Assembly (NCBI RefSeq): GCF_006345805.1 | Contig: NC_042997.1 | Location: 106,578,001-106,642,000, forward strand | Reading direction: 5' to 3' | DNA length: 64,000 nucleotides | From: Octopus sinensis | Lineage: Eukaryota | Shown: positions 60,656 through 64,000 of the stretch, in pieces | Position numbering within the stretch: position 1 is the first letter of the stretch | Layout: each line of letters opens with the position of its first letter | Position numbers and translations under genes: made by a program | The notes under the pieces: model-generated | Seen by the model: only the letters and a program-made list of their open reading frames with translations | Database searches by the model: none | Told to the model about the DNA's origin: nothing

Positions 60656-60754
60656 GGCCAATCACTTTGATATAAATAGCTGAATGTGCGTGCTAGTTAT
60701 CTAGTAGTATGGTGTTTCTTTTTCCTTTTTATTCTAGTTGTTTTATTTGTTCAG

Positions 60755-60787
60755 AAATGTCCAGTCCAGTATGTCGTGTGGGGGATG
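60755..60787 (+). CDS. Candidate 33-bp symmetric micro-exon
   Basis: Long polypyrimidine acceptor ..ttttatttgttcAG and strong donor ATG|GTGAGC. Confidence 0.33.
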
Positions 60788-60963
60788 GTGAGCGTGTGTG
60801 TTATGTGTGTATGCATGCATACATAAATACATACATACACATTTATATAAGCATATATGTATGTAAATGTGACATGTGCGTACACACACACATAAGAAAA
60901 GGATAACTATAAAATATCTGTTGAACAAAAGAGCCAGTAATTTGCTCATAACTTGAATGTACA

Positions 60964-60999
<36 letters not shown>

Positions 61000-61014
61000 T
61001 ATATATATTATATA

Positions 61015-61059
<45 letters not shown>

Positions 61060-61078
61060 TACATAAATATATATACAT

Positions 61079-61111
<33 letters not shown>

Positions 61112-61349
61112 TGTATGTATGTATGTATGTATGTATGTATGTATGTATGTATGTATGGATGGATGGATGGATGGATGGATGGATGGATGGATGGATGGAT
61201 GGATGGATGGATGGATGGATGGATGGATATATGAAAAACAAAAGATAGAGATAGGGAGATGGATGAGTGGGCAGACGGACGGAATTTGTGTTCTATATAT
61301 AATAAAATTATCAATTTCCTATCAACATCAGTAGTTTTAGCTTACAAAA

Positions 61350-61620
61350 GACGTGATTAACGCGGTGTGGTGGGCGGCTGTGACGTAAAGACACCTGATT
61401 GTTGGTGTAAACTATTTCGACGTTAGTAACAGGAGAATCACTTCGCATTGGTTTCCACTCTATTTTCTAATTATAGAGCAAGAAACCTAACTCGGTTATG
61501 TTATTTTATGAAAACAAAAAACAAAAAAAAAACCTTTCTATTGTATTAAATGTTCTGGGCGCGTCTCTGAATCTAAAAGGTGAAATGGCTGCTGTATTAG
61601 TGACAGCGGGATGAAATGAA
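61350..61620 (+). promoter_or_regulatory. Promoter-like unique island
   Basis: GC box gggcgg 61372, CRE-like tgacgta 61381, reverse CCAAT 61447, CpG-containing. Confidence 0.25.
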
Positions 61621-62541
61621 GATGATAGGGGTAATAGCGTAAAAGTACGCGTTGTTGAATGTATATTTATCATGAAGTCACAGTTATACAAAACATTGCG
61701 ATTACAATGAGCCAACACGGAACTCATAATCCGGTTTCGCGATTTTCACTTATAACATAACAAGCAACCAAATTTCTCTTAAACAAGACCCTATTGTCTT
61801 TAAAATATTCACATTGAATAATTATAAAATATGATGTTAAACACTTATAATACACAAAATAATAGCTCTAATTCTCCGAAGATACTAAATTCAATATGAA
61901 ATGTAAACGAATGGGCTACCTGTTTCTCCGGGAATGGTCAAGTGATATAGACACTTCTATCGAGATCCAATATGGGTAAAAAATCGATTAAGGCTGTTCG
62001 TTTTTTTATCTACGGAGAAGCAAGTAAATTTTGTTAAGTTTATATGTCTACTGTGTTTGTATGTATGTGTGTACATACATACATACATACATACATACAT
62101 AAATACATACATACATGCACACACAGTGTGAGAGCTAGATATGCTCAGTACAGAAAACACAGGAGTGATCAAGTGAATTTGAAATGGAATTTGGACTCCG
62201 AATTCTTCATCCAGGGCAAGTCCCTCAGTGTCAAGAGTGGCTATGAGAGAAATCCAAATCGAGATGATGTGGAGGTAGTGATGCAGATAAACACAATTAG
62301 GCTTGATACACACGCGCACACACACACACACACTAATAACATACAGAATAAAATATGAAGAAAATATGTAACTTCTTAATCTGACAGCTGTTTCAGGAAG
62401 CCCAGAATTATGTAATAATCTCAATAATCATAATATGGAGATGCAATGTGCAAACAGTAAGCAATCACAAAGATATTACAATAAGTACCCCGCCCCCCAA
62501 AAAGATCAACAAATGTGTTTTTCTACATTGCTACTCCCCCA

Positions 62542-62583
<42 letters not shown>

Positions 62584-62620
62584 TTACTATCTCTATCTCT
62601 CCCCCCTCTCTCTCTATCTG

Positions 62621-62652
<32 letters not shown>

Positions 62653-63207
62653 CAGGGTGGCCACTGAAAGACTGAATGATATAAAACAAAGATAACTTTT
62701 ACAAACACGTTTTTTTTATTTTTTCATTATTTTATTTGGGTGGAAACATTTTTAAAAACCAGTTTCAGAATCTTCTGAAGCGATGTTCTGGCGATGCCTA
62801 GTTGAGCGGAGCGATGACGGGTAGAGGCTAATTGATCTTCAAGGGCACTCTACCGTACAGCTTCCACGGCTGTGTCAGTACGCACATTGCGCTTTGGACC
62901 TCTTCCTGGAAGATTGCCGACTGATCCAGTTCTTTCAAACCGGGTGATTAGGTTCTGAATCATGTTATCGATAGGAGATACTCTAACAAAAAAATGTTGC
63001 CGGTATTTTCTGACTTTGAATAATTGATCTTTCACTGAAATAGAAAAAATTCAATGAATTTTACTCTTTGCTGGACATCATGCGTAGCCATTTTAATCTC
63101 CAAGGGATGCTCTATAACATGCAAACATTTTTAATAAAAAAAAGAAAAAGATCGGAAATGAACAAGTTAAGACCTTTTCAAACCCTTTAGTTTTTCAGTG
63201 ACCATTT

Positions 63208-63209
<2 letters not shown>
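62653..63209 (-). mobile_element. Internally deleted Tc1-like element (DUF4817/HTH N-terminus)
   Basis: TIRs cagggtggccactgaaa / tttcagtgaccattttg with TA flanks; ..RFERTGSVGNLPGRGPKRNVRT. Confidence 0.82.
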
Positions 63210-63244
<35 letters not shown>

Positions 63245-63247
<3 letters not shown>

Positions 63248-63391
63248 GCAAAATGGGACAAGAACGCAAAACATTCGGACAACTAGGTGATACAAAAGGG
63301 ACAACAAAACATCCATATAGACGATACAAAAGAACACGGACGGGTCATTCGAAGCCTTTTATCTTCAGTCAAGAGCCGGATCATCCTCGCA
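63245..63391 (-). mobile_element. 5'-truncated P2 copy
   Basis: cattcgaagccttttatcttcagtcaagagccggatcatcctcgca then (TA)n. Confidence 0.8.
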
Positions 63392-63621
63392 TATATATAC
63401 ATATAATTGTCCGGCGAATGGGAACGTGAAACTCTGAGTAGCAGTTTTTATGATGTCTTTGCTGCTTTATTAATTAACTATGTGTGTGTATGAGTGTATA
63501 GGTATAACAATGCATATATGTATTATACTCTGTGTGTGCGTGCGCACGCGTGTGTATTAATTAGCACTGGCATTCGACCTTAAAAATAGTTTTCTGGCAG
63601 TGATAGTAGTTTTTTTATATA

Positions 63622-64000
63622 CAGGATGCGATGGGTAAATTGTCGCTATTTTATATTTATAATTTCGCGCAAGTGCATTATTTGTTTTTGATTTTGTCGA
63701 CTACACAGTATAGTAGGGTAGTTGGGCACCGTCTGTGAGAAAAATAGCACAGTGACAAAATTCACTCTGCCAGAAATTTGGAAATGACATGCTGTACTGC
63801 TTGGCATTCGAGAATTAAGCTCCAATATGAACACTTCAGAAAGTTTGGGTGTCAATCTGTGGGCAGTGCAGATGATTCGGAAAGAGTTGGATGAGTCTAA
63901 TGGTGATGACGAAGGTATGGCAGCTCGGGAAACTCGCTCTGATTGCTCCGAATTTGTTGGTAAGATCCAGGCCATGATTGACAACGATCCCTCCAAGTCA
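63622..64000 (+). mobile_element. 5' part of a DD37D mariner running off the window
   Basis: TA-caggatgcgatgggtaaa end; KFTLPEIWK*HAVLLGIR..IRKELDESNGD..EFVGKIQAMIDNDPSKS. Confidence 0.75.

Overview
AT-rich, repeat-saturated eukaryotic DNA with no intact protein-coding gene, rRNA, tRNA gene or CRISPR array that I can support. The tRNA-derived SINE families, mariner copies and dense (TA)n/(CA)n/(ACAT)n/(GATA)n tracts look like a cephalopod (Octopus-like) genome; this is inference from recognition, not a database result. The window is a patchwork of decayed mobile DNA. Retroelements: a nested Ty3/Gypsy LTR element (11.8-15.6 kb), a young 5'-truncated RTE/BovB LINE with an 11-bp TSD and a 5' fold-back (42.7-45.1 kb), four CR1-like LINE pieces anchored in (TA)n (48-57 kb), an R4/Dong-like fragment, about 20 SINEs from at least four families, and several Penelope-like (PLE) repeat remnants carrying hammerhead-like motifs. 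DNA transposons: mariner/Tc1/DD37D, Merlin, hAT, piggyBac and Helitron/HINE remnants. The most interesting signal is a 73-nt motif on the minus strand of a dispersed repeat (41643-41715 and 29303-29375). It holds every hammerhead core nucleotide (CUGANGA, GAAA, AUC) flush against covarying helices, but in a non-circularly permuted, pseudoknotted strand order with an atypical stem II: a candidate unusual self-cleaving ribozyme. Host-gene evidence is limited to two candidate micro-exons and two promoter-like islands, all low confidence. Element boundaries without TSD/TIR support are approximate, and family names were assigned by eye from motifs.
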